Shown: piece by piece, positions 19,794 through 30,975 of the stretch
Layout: each line of letters starts with the position of its first letter
Numbering within the stretch: position 1 is the first letter of the stretch
NCBI GenBank assembly: GCA_040285745.1
Contig: JAUFOR010000002.1
Location: 1,302,001-1,366,000, forward strand
Direction: 5' to 3'
Length of the DNA: 64,000 nucleotides
DNA from: Barthelona sp. PCE
Lineage: Eukaryota
Program-made: the position numbers and the translations under genes
The notes under the pieces: model-generated
Databases searched by the model: none
What the model saw: only the letters and a program-made list of their open reading frames with translations
Told to the model about the DNA's origin: nothing

Positions 19794-22751
19794 CTATGTT
19801 TGAATTAAAAGCTTTTCTTCAATTTTTCGTTTGAATCCCTCCTCAGATGAAGACAAATCAAGCTTCTTGATGATATTCCAACAATCCATGCTTACAAATT
19901 GTGCTCTAATTGGTTCATGAATCAGAGAATTGGCTATACTAAACAAGGCAACACCCATTGTGGGTTTTCGGAGGCAGTTCATCAGTGCCTCCATGGTATT
20001 GGCCTCTAAAAATACATCTATGAGCACATCGCTCTTGCGCAACATGTTACCAATAGCACCACATGCATTATAAACCACCTTCTGATCGGTGTGGAAGCAT
20101 AAAGCTGTTAGATATCGGAGACCCTCGTTGAAACAACGATAAAGCAGACGTGTTTGATAAGCTGCGTTTCCGACAGCAAAAGCTGCCATTTTTAAAACGT
20201 CAACATCAGTATGCTGCAATAAACTGACGACCTTGTTGACCGGATCGGTGAGAATTGTGTACAAATCGGCGTTATATCTAAACAAGTTACCTACAAGGTT
20301 ACATGTGCGACTAACCAAAATAACATCATCTTTTGAGAGGAGGTCCACGAGTATTGTATCGAAGGGGAGAATCCTCAGATCCTCGAGGTAGTCCTGGCTT
20401 ATCCGCGCCAATTGGCTAAGCAGTCGGACAACATCCGTGATGACTCTGGTGTTAAAGAGCGTGTGGTTGTGTAGAATGAAGGGGAGAACACCGTTCTCCA
20501 AATCACGGCTGCTAATGTACTGCTGAGCAAACGTCTCACAAATGATGGAACCACTAGATTCCAGAGAAGCAACGTTGTTGAACTTAATAGTACTCAATAC
20601 CAGTCTACATAGCATAAAAAGACACGAATTCAGCTTGCTCAGCTTCTTTTCGTCTTTATCAATGGAAGTTATTCCCACTCTCAATAGTTTAACCATCTTA
20701 AACAAGAAATTATTTTCGAAATAGTACCCTTGAATCTCCTTCTCTATTGCCTCATCACTGTTGTACAGAATGCTAAACATGTAGTCGAAGAACTCCAATA
20801 TTTGACCGAACGGTTTAACACCTCCTCCCAATGCTTCATGATACTTGAGTAAATTGTTAATATGGTCTTCGCTTAACACAGTTGCAAAATTTCTAATAAC
20901 CCTAACCATGTTTCCATCATTTTCGAGCGCATCCAGGAACCGTGAAACAGTTCGAGGAGTCAAGAACATATACATGTCAACCGACAGTGAACCGACGACG
21001 GTCTCCGCCAGTGTGAAAGGTGCGTATCCCAAATGTGGAGCGTTGCACAGTAACTGATGAATTGTAACCAGGAACGTCGGATCTGTTGCAAACATCTCCT
21101 TTGACGGGAATAAAAGATTTGCAAACAGTAACGGAGGCTCGTGAGATGACGGAGATCGATCTGTTAGTATCACCTTAACCATCCAGTCACAACATCCCTG
21201 ACATACAAACTCGCTGTCCTGACTCAACTCTTGTAACAAAATATTCCCAATTACGTCCAGGTCTAATTGGGTGAGCTCTGTTAATGCACATACAATGCAC
21301 TTTTCTGGGTCACAGGGAGCCGGGTCGATCTCTACTTGTGTCAAATCAATGGGATAAAATGGTTCAATAAAGCGCAGAATCCTGGCAATCACAAGATTCC
21401 AAAGTCTATTCGTATCGGCCGATTGTTTCTTGATGATGTCAATGAGATGGATGATATTGTTCTTCTCAAACTTGATTGACCCGACGAAATCAGCTATGAT
21501 ACTGGTAAAATGATGCTGCAACATAAAAGACTCTTCAACCGGCTTCATATGGATGGGAAGCGTGATTGGGGTCTTCAATATGAACTTTGGCGTCATTAAG
21601 TCGTGGAACATCACAATGAGACTTGTAAAACCATAATAATGTGCAAAATCTATATCAGCAAGAACCTTCAACACAATAAGGCGGTGTGAGATCGAATGCA
21701 CCTTCCCAAGCGCACTCATGATCAAATCTGTGAGTTGATTCTCACTCAAATGGTCAATCACAAATGGATCAAAGACCTTTGTGAATAAAAAGTAAAGATC
21801 TTCATCCGTTATATTCTTGCTGATGTGAATGTCGAAAACGTCAAAGAAATCATCATACTCCAGTATAGCAAAATCAATACCAAACAAATCTCCACTGACA
21901 CTGTTTCTTCTGCTAATCGGCACCGGTTTGCGGTGATACTCTTCCAAGAACTCGTGCTGGAGGAGTTCCTCGGCGCTTGGTCTCCTATCTGGGTTCTTCT
22001 CAAGCATCAAACCCAAAAATTCTTTGATTGTTTCATCAATTTCACTTGGAAAAATAACCTCCCCCTGTGTAATATTCTCCATCAGTTTCACAAGTGTTTT
22101 TGAGACAAAAGGCGTCCGCCCAATCAAAACCTCATACAAAATGACACCGAGACTCCATATATCAGTTTTGGAATTGTAACCTTCCGATGATAATATTTCA
22201 GGTGACATGTAAAGCGGGGTACCCTTAATTGATCTGCTTTGGTAATCGTCCTTTTTTGCTATCGTTGCGAATCCAAAATCACATAGTTTTAATCGATTGT
22301 CCTCCATGATCAAAATGTTGCTGGGCTTCATATCTCTGTGTAATATATCCCGTTTGTGAAGGTAATCCAGAGCAGTCAGCATCTGAAACGCTATGAGACG
22401 CACCACATTTAATGGTAGAGTTCTGTCATCGGTCTCTGACTGCAAGATTTCTTCAAGATTTGAATGGCCGTACTCCATAATAATGTGTATTTCGTTTTTC
22501 TGGATGCTTTTATCCAACAAGTTGACAATATACTCGCAGTTCAGACGACTCAATATCTTAATCTCCTTCTTTAATTTGGTCATTTCTTCTTCTGAAGATG
22601 TGGAGATGCAGATCTTCTTCAATGCAACCACATGCGTTGTTCCTGTTTCTCTCGCCTTGTAAACAGTTGCAAAACTTCCTGTACCCACTTCTTCGATGGT
22701 AACATAATCTTTGCTGCCCTCTTCTTTCCTTTTATCATAAATTATTGGCAT
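19794..22751 (-). CDS. STK36: Fused/STK36 Ser/Thr kinase with C-terminal ARM/HEAT repeats
   Basis: HRDMKPSNIL, KLCDFGFA, SIKGTPLYMSPE; C-terminal CNLVGNLFRY, AAFAVGNAAY, NACGAIGN. Confidence 0.88.
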   Translation of the reverse strand: MPIIYDKRKEEGSKDYVTIEEVGTGSFATVYKARETGTTHVVALKKICISTSSEEEMTKLKKEIKILSRLNCEYIVNLLDKSIQKNEIHIIMEYGHSNLEEILQSETDDRTLPLNVVRLIAFQMLTALDYLHKRDILHRDMKPSNILIMEDNRLKLCDFGFATIAKKDDYQSRSIKGTPLYMSPEILSSEGYNSKTDIWSLGVILYEVLIGRTPFVSKTLVKLMENITQGEVIFPSEIDETIKEFLGLMLEKNPDRRPSAEELLQHEFLEEYHRKPVPISRRNSVSGDLFGIDFAILEYDDFFDVFDIHISKNITDEDLYFLFTKVFDPFVIDHLSENQLTDLIMSALGKVHSISHRLIVLKVLADIDFAHYYGFTSLIVMFHDLMTPKFILKTPITLPIHMKPVEESFMLQHHFTSIIADFVGSIKFEKNNIIHLIDIIKKQSADTNRLWNLVIARILRFIEPFYPIDLTQVEIDPAPCDPEKCIVCALTELTQLDLDVIGNILLQELSQDSEFVCQGCCDWMVKVILTDRSPSSHEPPLLFANLLFPSKEMFATDPTFLVTIHQLLCNAPHLGYAPFTLAETVVGSLSVDMYMFLTPRTVSRFLDALENDGNMVRVIRNFATVLSEDHINNLLKYHEALGGGVKPFGQILEFFDYMFSILYNSDEAIEKEIQGYYFENNFLFKMVKLLRVGITSIDKDEKKLSKLNSCLFMLCRLVLSTIKFNNVASLESSGSIICETFAQQYISSRDLENGVLPFILHNHTLFNTRVITDVVRLLSQLARISQDYLEDLRILPFDTILVDLLSKDDVILVSRTCNLVGNLFRYNADLYTILTDPVNKVVSLLQHTDVDVLKMAAFAVGNAAYQTRLLYRCFNEGLRYLTALCFHTDQKVVYNACGAIGNMLRKSDVLIDVFLEANTMEALMNCLRKPTMGVALFSIANSLIHEPIRAQFVSMDCWNIIKKLDLSSSEEGFKRKIEEKLLIQT

Positions 22752-22837
22752 TTCTTACAGCATTGCCCTGTTCTAAACTGCTTCTACCAATAAAAGCTAA
22801 TAAGAATGAAATGGTTGAAAATCCATAAACAAATTTA

Positions 22838-25303
22838 CTATGCAAGTACTATCAAATTCAGTGAACAAACAGTCTCATTCAGAGTCAATATAACCATATT
22901 GTTGCCCTTAACAAAGTTATTTGTCGACTTTCCATCCACATAAATTTTGCTAAACTTACCAGGGTTAATAAATCGCAATTCCTTAACCTTAACGTCCTTG
23001 TACGGACCAGCACATGAAATTATATCCAAAGAGATTTGGTTACTAGTCACATGAATATCAACATTTAGCTCGGCACCCTTGGTATCGACAGAAATTCCAT
23101 CATCAAGGAATAGCTTAAAACTACCTTGCTCCTGGGCCTTGTTCGGGTTCGTGGCATACAGTATCAGCTCTGTCTGGCGCGCCTGCTCGATTGTCAGTGT
23201 ATCATCACTGACATCATGCAATGCAAAAACGCGACCACTCGGTACAGCAACCGTCAGCTCCTTATCCATGGGAGCATCAATGTATGCTACATCTCCGTAC
23301 TCATCGAGCCTGTTACCAGCAAGATCAAACCATGGAGAGGCACTTGCAGGTAGATGACAGCTCACAGAATTCATACCCTCATATATGACCGGACATGCCA
23401 TGAAGGCGTCACCCAACATGAACTGATACGTCAGGCCTTCGATATATTTGTCATTAAATGAATACATTGGCGGACGGAGTAACAAAGACTGCTCTGTGTT
23501 TAGCACTGAATAGAATATCGGGAAAAACGCATACTTCTGACGGATAGCCTTCTTTGCAATCGTAGTCAATAGAGAGGAGGTGTACGGTGCTTGTGTGGCG
23601 TAATCTGAAGCCTTATGTGATCTTGAGTATGTGGAGAAAGCTGCGCCAAACTGAATCCAGCGTGCGCACAACTCCTCGCTTGACATGCCAATGAAGCCAC
23701 AGATGTCTGCACCTGTGACCTTGAGACCAAAAGCCTGATGCTGCATGTGACCGGTGATGTGCTGTCTTAGCGTTTCCCAATTAGCAAAACCGTCACCCAA
23801 CCACGAATACGTTGATGTGCCCGGAGATGATGAGCGGGTGATGATGGGCATTCTCTTTGGGTGATCAGCAAACGCCTCAATAGTGGCATCGCCCTCAAAC
23901 CTACTATAGAGACTATGTGTGTCCGCTGTGGACCCTAGAGAAGAGAATGTGTCCATAGGGATGGTGTTATGCGACAGACGAGGCAGATCTCCAATGCGGT
24001 ACGGGGGACAATTGGGATTACCGGGAATGTAGTCACATTGATTAGGGGTGTTTACGAAGTTTGATGGTTCATTCATGTCTATCCATGCAAGTGAGAATGG
24101 TAGATCATTGTGAAACGCGCGCAAGTTCTTCTTCCACCACTTTTTCGTTGATTCCACTGTGAAGTCGGGAAACACCGTCTTGCCAGGCCAGACTTCACCC
24201 ACATAAGGAGCACCTGCACCTGTCTTGATGACGCCGCCGCCCTGCACGAGATCGTTGTAGACATCATAATCGCTGTCAAGAGCATAAATTCCGGGATCAA
24301 AGATGAGACCAAGATGACGATCATTTTCATTCAAATCCTTAATAAATTCTTGCATGTCCTTCATTGGGAAGTTCTTTGGGTCGACAGTGAAATCAAAATA
24401 CTTATCCATATAATCGATATCACAATATTGAATATCGAGTGGAATCTTCTCAGATTCATACTTTTCAACAACTTTCTTGACCTCATCCAGGGTCTTGTAT
24501 CCCCATTTGGACTGCTGCCATCCAAGCAAAAATGCAGGAACTTTCTGTGGGGTTGGAAGCCATTCAAGGTAGCTTTCGATGGCTTCTCGGAAAGAATTCT
24601 TTGCAAAAACAATAAAATCAATGTCTCCTCCCAACACATTGTACTCAAGACGGTCACGGTGTGCCTGAATCTGCATTGCACGGTAATTGTTTAACAAAAC
24701 TGTGCGGGATGTCCTGGCGGAAACCTTCCCGAAAAAAACAGGGTGTGTACTATAGCATGGACCGTCGCCTTGGGGACATCCAGCAGGATCGTAGTTCCAC
24801 AGCTTGAGATAACGTCCGTCTCGCATGACCTTGAAATCATTATTTCTGTATCCAAGTCCGTATATGCTCTCGTGAGATATAGAGTTCAGTGAAAAGTGCA
24901 TAAACTGGTCGGATAAGAACATTTTTGAGTCTGCAAAAAAGATTTCCTCACCTGTTTCCTTTTTTGTCACGTTAAGAGCAAAAGGATTTGTTTTCAGACT
25001 AATTTTGTATGTCGTGGATTCGTTCTTTGCTGTTAATGTGCCAGGAAGGGGCATTGGCACCCGTTTATGCTCAGATTTCACCTGAAATCGAAACATATCA
25101 TGTGTGTAACAGTCAAACTCAACAATGAGCTCGCTCTGACACGCAGTTCTGGATGGACCCGTGCATGAGTCACCCACATCACTCAAACGAAGTGTTCCCT
25201 TGAAGCCACAATCATCAGGGTATTTAGTTAATTTCATCAAGTCATACTGGAATGCTGCACAGCATGACAATAAACAGAAAATAGCAAGGTATGCCCAACT
25301 CAT
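22838..25303 (-). CDS. GH31 alpha-glucosidase (secreted or lysosomal)
   Basis: DIDYMD, VWPG, WIDMNEPS nucleophile, WLGD acid/base, GADICGF; signal peptide starts at ATG 25303. Confidence 0.93.
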   Translation of the reverse strand: MSWAYLAIFCLLSCCAAFQYDLMKLTKYPDDCGFKGTLRLSDVGDSCTGPSRTACQSELIVEFDCYTHDMFRFQVKSEHKRVPMPLPGTLTAKNESTTYKISLKTNPFALNVTKKETGEEIFFADSKMFLSDQFMHFSLNSISHESIYGLGYRNNDFKVMRDGRYLKLWNYDPAGCPQGDGPCYSTHPVFFGKVSARTSRTVLLNNYRAMQIQAHRDRLEYNVLGGDIDFIVFAKNSFREAIESYLEWLPTPQKVPAFLLGWQQSKWGYKTLDEVKKVVEKYESEKIPLDIQYCDIDYMDKYFDFTVDPKNFPMKDMQEFIKDLNENDRHLGLIFDPGIYALDSDYDVYNDLVQGGGVIKTGAGAPYVGEVWPGKTVFPDFTVESTKKWWKKNLRAFHNDLPFSLAWIDMNEPSNFVNTPNQCDYIPGNPNCPPYRIGDLPRLSHNTIPMDTFSSLGSTADTHSLYSRFEGDATIEAFADHPKRMPIITRSSSPGTSTYSWLGDGFANWETLRQHITGHMQHQAFGLKVTGADICGFIGMSSEELCARWIQFGAAFSTYSRSHKASDYATQAPYTSSLLTTIAKKAIRQKYAFFPIFYSVLNTEQSLLLRPPMYSFNDKYIEGLTYQFMLGDAFMACPVIYEGMNSVSCHLPASASPWFDLAGNRLDEYGDVAYIDAPMDKELTVAVPSGRVFALHDVSDDTLTIEQARQTELILYATNPNKAQEQGSFKLFLDDGISVDTKGAELNVDIHVTSNQISLDIISCAGPYKDVKVKELRFINPGKFSKIYVDGKSTNNFVKGNNMVILTLNETVCSLNLIVLA

Positions 25304-25606
25304 CGCGTGAACAAACAAAAAATATGTGTTTGTAGGCAAAAAAAGTAAAACAAGCATAATTCTACAATATGATAGCATACTCATCTTCTACATGTTTGTT
25401 GGTGCAGAAGTCACTCATTGAACCTCAAACTTTTGCCAAACGAGGCAAGTGCACACATCACTCATATCAACTTACAACCCTTCAAAACTCAATTCTATCT
25501 GCAAAACATACATTACTCCAGTGTTTTACACCGATAAAGCGTTAACACCATCCACAGTTAGTGTAACAACATTCACTACCTTTTTCCATTTATTGAAGCG
25601 GGTTAT

Positions 25607-27154
25607 ATGTTTTCCGGGGCAAGCTGGCTGTTTATTGTTCAGTTAATAAGTCGGACCACGAGCTTTTTGCTCAATATAGCTACCACACGTTTGGTTTTGC
25701 CAGACTCTTACGGTATTTTTACAATGACAATATCATTACAGTTGCACCTTTGTATGATGTTAGGTGCTGAGCCCTTTCGCCGGACGTTTTTAAAGACGTC
25801 GACTTCAGATGATGATAATCTAAAGAGTGATGAACCTGCAATGAGTTGGAGAGGAAACAAGGACATTGCTTGGCTGGCAGTGCTTGTAGGTGGCATCATT
25901 CTATTCCTTGTAGATACTTGGAACATCATCCATAAACCTTATCTACGCGTACCTATTCTACTCTTTAGCGTTGGTATCTTCCTTCAAATTCTAGCCGAGC
26001 CTATGTATATATTGCAAACAAGCAGCTTCACCTACAAACAAAGGGCATTAATAGAAGGGTTGGGGAGTGTAGCCAGAAGCTTCACTGTTATGCTTTGTTT
26101 AATACTGTTTCATCAGACGAAAATGGAACAGATCATTGGATATTGTTATGGAGAAGTGGTCTTTGGGATCATCTACTTCCTTGGCTTTTATTATACTTCT
26201 TTTAAAGGTGTTCAACATGAACAAAAAAATGTTTCTCCTCTAAGGATACTATTACCTTCTAAACATATTTTCTCTAAACAAACACTCAAACATAGCAAAC
26301 TTTGGCTCACATTCCTGTGGCAAAATGTTCAGAAACTCTTTATGACCCATGGAGAGAAATTACTGTGCGTCTTATTACTGTCTGATACTCAAATGGGTTA
26401 TTTAGCGTTCATAATGAACTTTGGGTCAATGCTCAACAGATTGGTGCTGCGAATTTGGGAGGAAATCCTCTTTAACCACTTTGCAGTCCGCAAAAAAGAA
26501 AAAAACAGTGCTTATGTCCTGGGTTCTATTCTGATGAGTGTTGTTTTAATCAGCTATCTGATTGCATTTTCGCTCCGTATGTGTTTTCACGATTTTGTGA
26601 CCCTTGTCTATGGTTCAACGTGGATAAAACCAGAAGTGTCTGAATTGTACACTGTTTTCAGTTTATTTATGTTTTTCTCTGTAGTTAACGGGTCATTTGA
26701 GGCACTTGCACACTCTGTTTCATGCGAACGAGATCTTAAAAAACAAAACATTATCCTTTTAGTGTTAGGCATAGTGTACTTTGTTTCAACATTTATTTTT
26801 ACACCATTTTTTGGTGTCAAGACATTCATCTTCGTGAATGCTTTCCAAATGGCAGCTCGTCTATTGCTAAGTTTAGCATTCATCACTAGAAATTCTGATG
26901 TCAGTTTTTACAAGTCATCAAGAACAGTAATCCCTGTTCTCATAGTCATCGCTGGTATTTACTCGCTGCTGATGATTATTGTCAAAAGTTTTTGCACTTC
27001 TATCGTTTTTAGAATGTGTGGTTTTGGTGTAGTTGGTGGCATACTTGCCATAACCTTACTTTACACCTTTATAAGGTACCAAGGGTTCCGACAGTGCTTT
27101 TCTCCTATGCTAGAAGTACTGGGCATCCAGAAAAAGAAAGAGAAATCAATGTAG
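25607..27154 (+). CDS. RFT1: RFT1 (Man5GlcNAc2-PP-dolichol translocation protein)
   Basis: QLISRTTSFLLN, EPFRR, LAEPMY, KLFMTHGEK, NFGSMLNRL, NGSFEA; about 12 or more TM helices. Confidence 0.88.
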   Translation: MFSGASWLFIVQLISRTTSFLLNIATTRLVLPDSYGIFTMTISLQLHLCMMLGAEPFRRTFLKTSTSDDDNLKSDEPAMSWRGNKDIAWLAVLVGGIILFLVDTWNIIHKPYLRVPILLFSVGIFLQILAEPMYILQTSSFTYKQRALIEGLGSVARSFTVMLCLILFHQTKMEQIIGYCYGEVVFGIIYFLGFYYTSFKGVQHEQKNVSPLRILLPSKHIFSKQTLKHSKLWLTFLWQNVQKLFMTHGEKLLCVLLLSDTQMGYLAFIMNFGSMLNRLVLRIWEEILFNHFAVRKKEKNSAYVLGSILMSVVLISYLIAFSLRMCFHDFVTLVYGSTWIKPEVSELYTVFSLFMFFSVVNGSFEALAHSVSCERDLKKQNIILLVLGIVYFVSTFIFTPFFGVKTFIFVNAFQMAARLLLSLAFITRNSDVSFYKSSRTVIPVLIVIAGIYSLLMIIVKSFCTSIVFRMCGFGVVGGILAITLLYTFIRYQGFRQCFSPMLEVLGIQKKKEKSM

Positions 27155-27198
27155 GAAAGTGATATGTTCTTTTTTCAGTGGCATAATGAATTCCACCA

Positions 27199-27474
27199 TC
27201 ACAGTGGTCCTGGTTCTATGAAATTCTTAACTGTAAGACGCTCGTGGGGTAATACAGTAAAGGTGTTCTTTAAATAATCAATCTTATCATCGCCATATGT
27301 TGTAAATACACCGTTTAACGTGGCCAAAGCCCCAATTGAACCCATGTTGTTTGAATTAGGTTCAATGTATTTGCTTAAAAACCCTAATACAAATGATGAT
27401 GGTTTAGAAGAACATATATAAGGTGAATGATGGGAAACAGCGTTTGTATATGCTTGGAAAAAGCACCTTAACAT
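27199..27474 (-). CDS. Small hypothetical protein (91 aa)
   Basis: Only sizeable ORF in a 535-bp gap; no recognised motif. Confidence 0.3.
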   Translation of the reverse strand: MLRCFFQAYTNAVSHHSPYICSSKPSSFVLGFLSKYIEPNSNNMGSIGALATLNGVFTTYGDDKIDYLKNTFTVLPHERLTVKNFIEPGPL

Positions 27475-27689
27475 TCAAAAAGACCCTCAAATATTGTGAA
27501 AGTGGTAATAAAGAATAAACATCCTAAGGAATTCAACTACACTTTCAATACGCTCACATCCCATGCTTAAAGCGGTGCTTTTATATCGTTTAAGCTATCA
27601 AAATACATACAAAGCAGAAACTATTCTCGTATTCTAAATTTCATTCCATTTTCACACATACAGCTTGTTTTAATCAAAAAAACAGTCTA

Positions 27690-29765
27690 ATGTCCGAACT
27701 CACAGCAAAAAGACATTGGAACACGTTGACAAGTGCGCTTTTAGAGATCTTGGATTTTGAAAAACCCGCTCCCGGTCTAGAAACGGCTTTTAAGAAGATG
27801 AACGCTGATGCACGCAGGGAGAAGATGGAAGCATTTGCCAGAAAATTGGCTGAAGCATGGGAAGATTTAATGTACCTTCGAGAAATTGACTATGCTCCAC
27901 AAAGGGTAGTTTTGATGAATCAAATCATGCCCTTCCTGATGGATAGAATCCTTAAATCACCACATAAAGTACCCTTATCATTAGACTGCACAAAGGGACC
28001 TCCCATTAACTTTTCTGAAAGTGTGGTGGGAGATGAAGTTAAGCGCTTCAACACATTTGACCTGAACTCGGAAATTGCAAGTCTTTGTGAAAAGTTTGAG
28101 AAACCCTTGACATGGCCAGAGACGAGTTCTTCATCCCAGCTCCCAACGGGTCTTACCATAGCACAGAGCATCCGTGAGATCACAAGGATGGAACGCTGGC
28201 GCCAGGGCTTCTCTCGCTTTGAATTTGTCAAATCTTTACTCATTCAGAACACCATGAGCACCAAGAAGGCTGTAGATGTGATTTCTGATTTTTGGTCGAA
28301 CGCAGTAGATAGGAAGAGGGCAAAGGACTCCAAGAGAGAGTCAGACGTCTTCATCAAGTTGGTCGAGGATGATGAAGAGATTCCTGAAGTTTTAGGTCCT
28401 TTAATGACGAGAGAGGAGGCAACAAAGGAGTATCATGACATCGTGAACAAGATCAAGGACGATATGTACAATGGAAAAGAAGTTCTTGACTTGGAGGATA
28501 ACGTATGGTCACAATTCCACGATTGGTTGTTGAACCAGGAGACTCTTCCCAGTAATCTTGACACTTTTGATCCATTTGGAGAGAAGCGTAAGGCTGAAAA
28601 GGAGGAACAGAAGAAGGCCCAGCAAAAGAAACCTCAGAAAAAGGAAAAAGAAGAGGAAGAAGAAGAGGATGTCTATCTCTTTGATTTGGTCTCGGCACTT
28701 CAGCAATATTTCAGTGTATGGGCTAATGCGAAGGCGGAAGTTGGTACACTGAGTGTCAACGAAGACCTCATTAGAGACCAGCTTCATCCTGAATGGCAGA
28801 CGTTTATCAGGCAGAGCATTTGGAAGAAGCTTGAGGATGAGCTTGAGAAACTTCGCATGGAGGTGGAGCTCGCCAATCCTAAAGGAAAGAAAGGTAAGAA
28901 AGGTAAGAAAGGTAAGAAGGGCAAAAAAGGTAAAAAAGGTGGTAAAAAAGGTGGTAAGAAAGGTGGTAAGAAAGGTGGCAAGAAAGGAAAACGATCAAAG
29001 AAGGTCGAGGACTCTCTCAGTGTATTTGCTAAACTCATCCGCTTGGAACAGATCAAGCCAATGAGGCCTGATCCATTTATCGCCCAGTCTGATGTGAGTG
29101 TTGAACTGAGTAATGAGATCCGAGGCACTGGGCTACAGAGCCTGGCTCAAACCCGTGATTCTGTCCTGCAAGAGATTGTGTTTAATGTTCTACTTGGCAG
29201 AAAACGCCGAATTTTGATATTTGGATCGGAAGGAGTTGGTAAGGAGCATCTTGCCCAATATGCATGCTATCTTTCTCACACAATCATGATCCGCAACCCC
29301 AAGAGTACAGCGCAGACAAAGAGCCTTCAGCGTGCTCTTCCGTGCTGTCTGTTATTAACAGATGCAGAGAAGGTCGATAAGAAGCTGAAGAAGGAGCTGG
29401 GCAAGTTTGATGGAGTAGTCGTAATGACATGTACCAATCCTGCAAAGTGTGCAGTAACCCCTGACGTTGCTTACTATGTACCCCACCCAGACCACTCGAC
29501 GAGGCTTGCCATGTGGAAACACTTCAGACCGGAATCCGATGAAATAAGTATCCTAGCTTCTATCTCAAACGGTTTCACTGCCGAGGCAATCAAAAACGCT
29601 TCTAAAGCGCAGGACATTGTAAGTGCCCTGAGCGATGAAAAGATGGTGATGCGCGATGAAGTTGAAACATATGTAACTTTTGCTGAGAAGCTTGTTGAAA
29701 CCGGTGAGTTCCCTTCAAAGAAGAAGAAGGATGATAAGAAAAAGGGGAAAAAGGGGAAAAAGTAA
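27690..29765 (+). CDS. IQCA1: DRC11/IQCA1-like (dynein regulatory complex, AAA domain)
   Basis: ERWRQG segment, KG-rich linker, P-loop ILIFGSEGVGK, VPHPDHSTRLAMW (cf. IPRPDYASR..LW), K-rich tail. Confidence 0.75.
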   Translation: MSELTAKRHWNTLTSALLEILDFEKPAPGLETAFKKMNADARREKMEAFARKLAEAWEDLMYLREIDYAPQRVVLMNQIMPFLMDRILKSPHKVPLSLDCTKGPPINFSESVVGDEVKRFNTFDLNSEIASLCEKFEKPLTWPETSSSSQLPTGLTIAQSIREITRMERWRQGFSRFEFVKSLLIQNTMSTKKAVDVISDFWSNAVDRKRAKDSKRESDVFIKLVEDDEEIPEVLGPLMTREEATKEYHDIVNKIKDDMYNGKEVLDLEDNVWSQFHDWLLNQETLPSNLDTFDPFGEKRKAEKEEQKKAQQKKPQKKEKEEEEEEDVYLFDLVSALQQYFSVWANAKAEVGTLSVNEDLIRDQLHPEWQTFIRQSIWKKLEDELEKLRMEVELANPKGKKGKKGKKGKKGKKGKKGGKKGGKKGGKKGGKKGKRSKKVEDSLSVFAKLIRLEQIKPMRPDPFIAQSDVSVELSNEIRGTGLQSLAQTRDSVLQEIVFNVLLGRKRRILIFGSEGVGKEHLAQYACYLSHTIMIRNPKSTAQTKSLQRALPCCLLLTDAEKVDKKLKKELGKFDGVVVMTCTNPAKCAVTPDVAYYVPHPDHSTRLAMWKHFRPESDEISILASISNGFTAEAIKNASKAQDIVSALSDEKMVMRDEVETYVTFAEKLVETGEFPSKKKKDDKKKGKKGKK
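28881..28991 (+). repeat. Coding tandem repeat (9- and 12-nt units) encoding (KGK)n(KGGK)n
   Basis: AAAGGTAAG and AAAGGTGGTAAG-type units inside the DRC11-like gene. Confidence 0.9.
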
Positions 29766-29822
29766 AAACTGAATTAACGTACATTTTTTATTGTCAATGC
29801 TGTAATTTAATGCATCATTTGA

Positions 29823-30875
29823 CTAGAACTTTGGTACAAGATATTTTCTCGACATATCCCTGTACTTGTGCCCTTTCTTCTTTTTTGACTTTGAAACTTT
29901 TTTCATTTTTGCTGCTTTTGTTGTCTTCTCAGCAACAGATATGCGTGCGTGCGCTGTCACCGGTCTCTTCTTCTTCTTCTTGGTCTTTTTTGAAGGGGAT
30001 TCTGGTTTCTCTTCCACACGCGCGTACTTCTCAGAAAAATGTGGTGCAAGCTTTAGCACACCATCCTTCTCCTGCTGTTGATGCTTCTGGATAAGCATCT
30101 CTTGTAAGTCCCAGGTCTTCCTTACACTATCTTCGAGCTTAGTCTTCAACAAATTATACTTCATACCGAGGGTGTTGAGTTCCTTTTGCATGGCATCCAT
30201 CTCTGTCTTCATCTCGGCGTCATGCTGGTGGTAGTGCTGTACCTGCTCCCTTAACAACGTCTTTTCTTCATCCAGCTCAGACACTGGTTCTTCATCTTCC
30301 TTCTTTGCAGAAATCATTGACAGCAAATGGTTAATACGCTCCTCATTGCGCTCCTTCTCCTGTTCTTGATTGCAAATGATCATGTCTATCATATTATTCT
30401 GATGTTCCAGCATTCCCATCAACTTAATGACCAATGGATTCGAGAAATGGTCAATCTTCTTGACAGTCTCCATTGCCAGTCGCTCAACTGCATCGTCCTT
30501 CGTTTCATCATTAATGGTTTCAACTAAATCTGGACTTTCCGCAAAAGATACATGTAAAGCTTCTTCATTTCTCTCTTTTGACTCATTCACTGACGCAGCT
30601 AGCTCTCTGGGATCAAATTTGGTTGTTTTTAACAACTCTGACATTTTAACACCGTCATAAGTATCTTCACCTAACGACAATTTGTCTACGAGATCATTAT
30701 CAATATGTTGTGCGAACCCCGCCTTGCGAATATCCTCTGTCAAAGGAATCCGCACACCCTCTGCTCTCGCCATGTGCTCTTTGGCATTAACAACATCTAG
30801 ACTAAACCGATTAAGAAGCTCATCGACAGGGATTTCAGTGTCCAAAAGTTCTATTTCCTCGAGTGTATCGCTCAT
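29823..30875 (-). CDS. Hypothetical coiled-coil protein with basic C-terminus
   Basis: 350-aa ORF with normal codon composition; no family recognised. Confidence 0.7.
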   Translation of the reverse strand: MSDTLEEIELLDTEIPVDELLNRFSLDVVNAKEHMARAEGVRIPLTEDIRKAGFAQHIDNDLVDKLSLGEDTYDGVKMSELLKTTKFDPRELAASVNESKERNEEALHVSFAESPDLVETINDETKDDAVERLAMETVKKIDHFSNPLVIKLMGMLEHQNNMIDMIICNQEQEKERNEERINHLLSMISAKKEDEEPVSELDEEKTLLREQVQHYHQHDAEMKTEMDAMQKELNTLGMKYNLLKTKLEDSVRKTWDLQEMLIQKHQQQEKDGVLKLAPHFSEKYARVEEKPESPSKKTKKKKKRPVTAHARISVAEKTTKAAKMKKVSKSKKKKGHKYRDMSRKYLVPKF

Positions 30876-30975
30876 TGTTGATAAACTTAATGATATGGTT
30901 GATAAAATTGCTTACACTTTTTTGCCGCTTCCTTCAACGAATTTATTTGAGAAATCCTGGGCTTTTGTATAGTAG

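Noticed and set aside
27170..27565. Several in-frame TGAs flanking the 91-aa ORF, suggesting UGA recoding
   Set aside because: TGA ends ordinary genes here (e.g. YjbQ), conserved Trp residues use TGG, and read-through would run into RFT1.
28784..29128. Antisense ORF with (FLPP)n repeats
   Set aside because: Mirror image of the Lys/Gly coding repeat in the DRC11-like gene.
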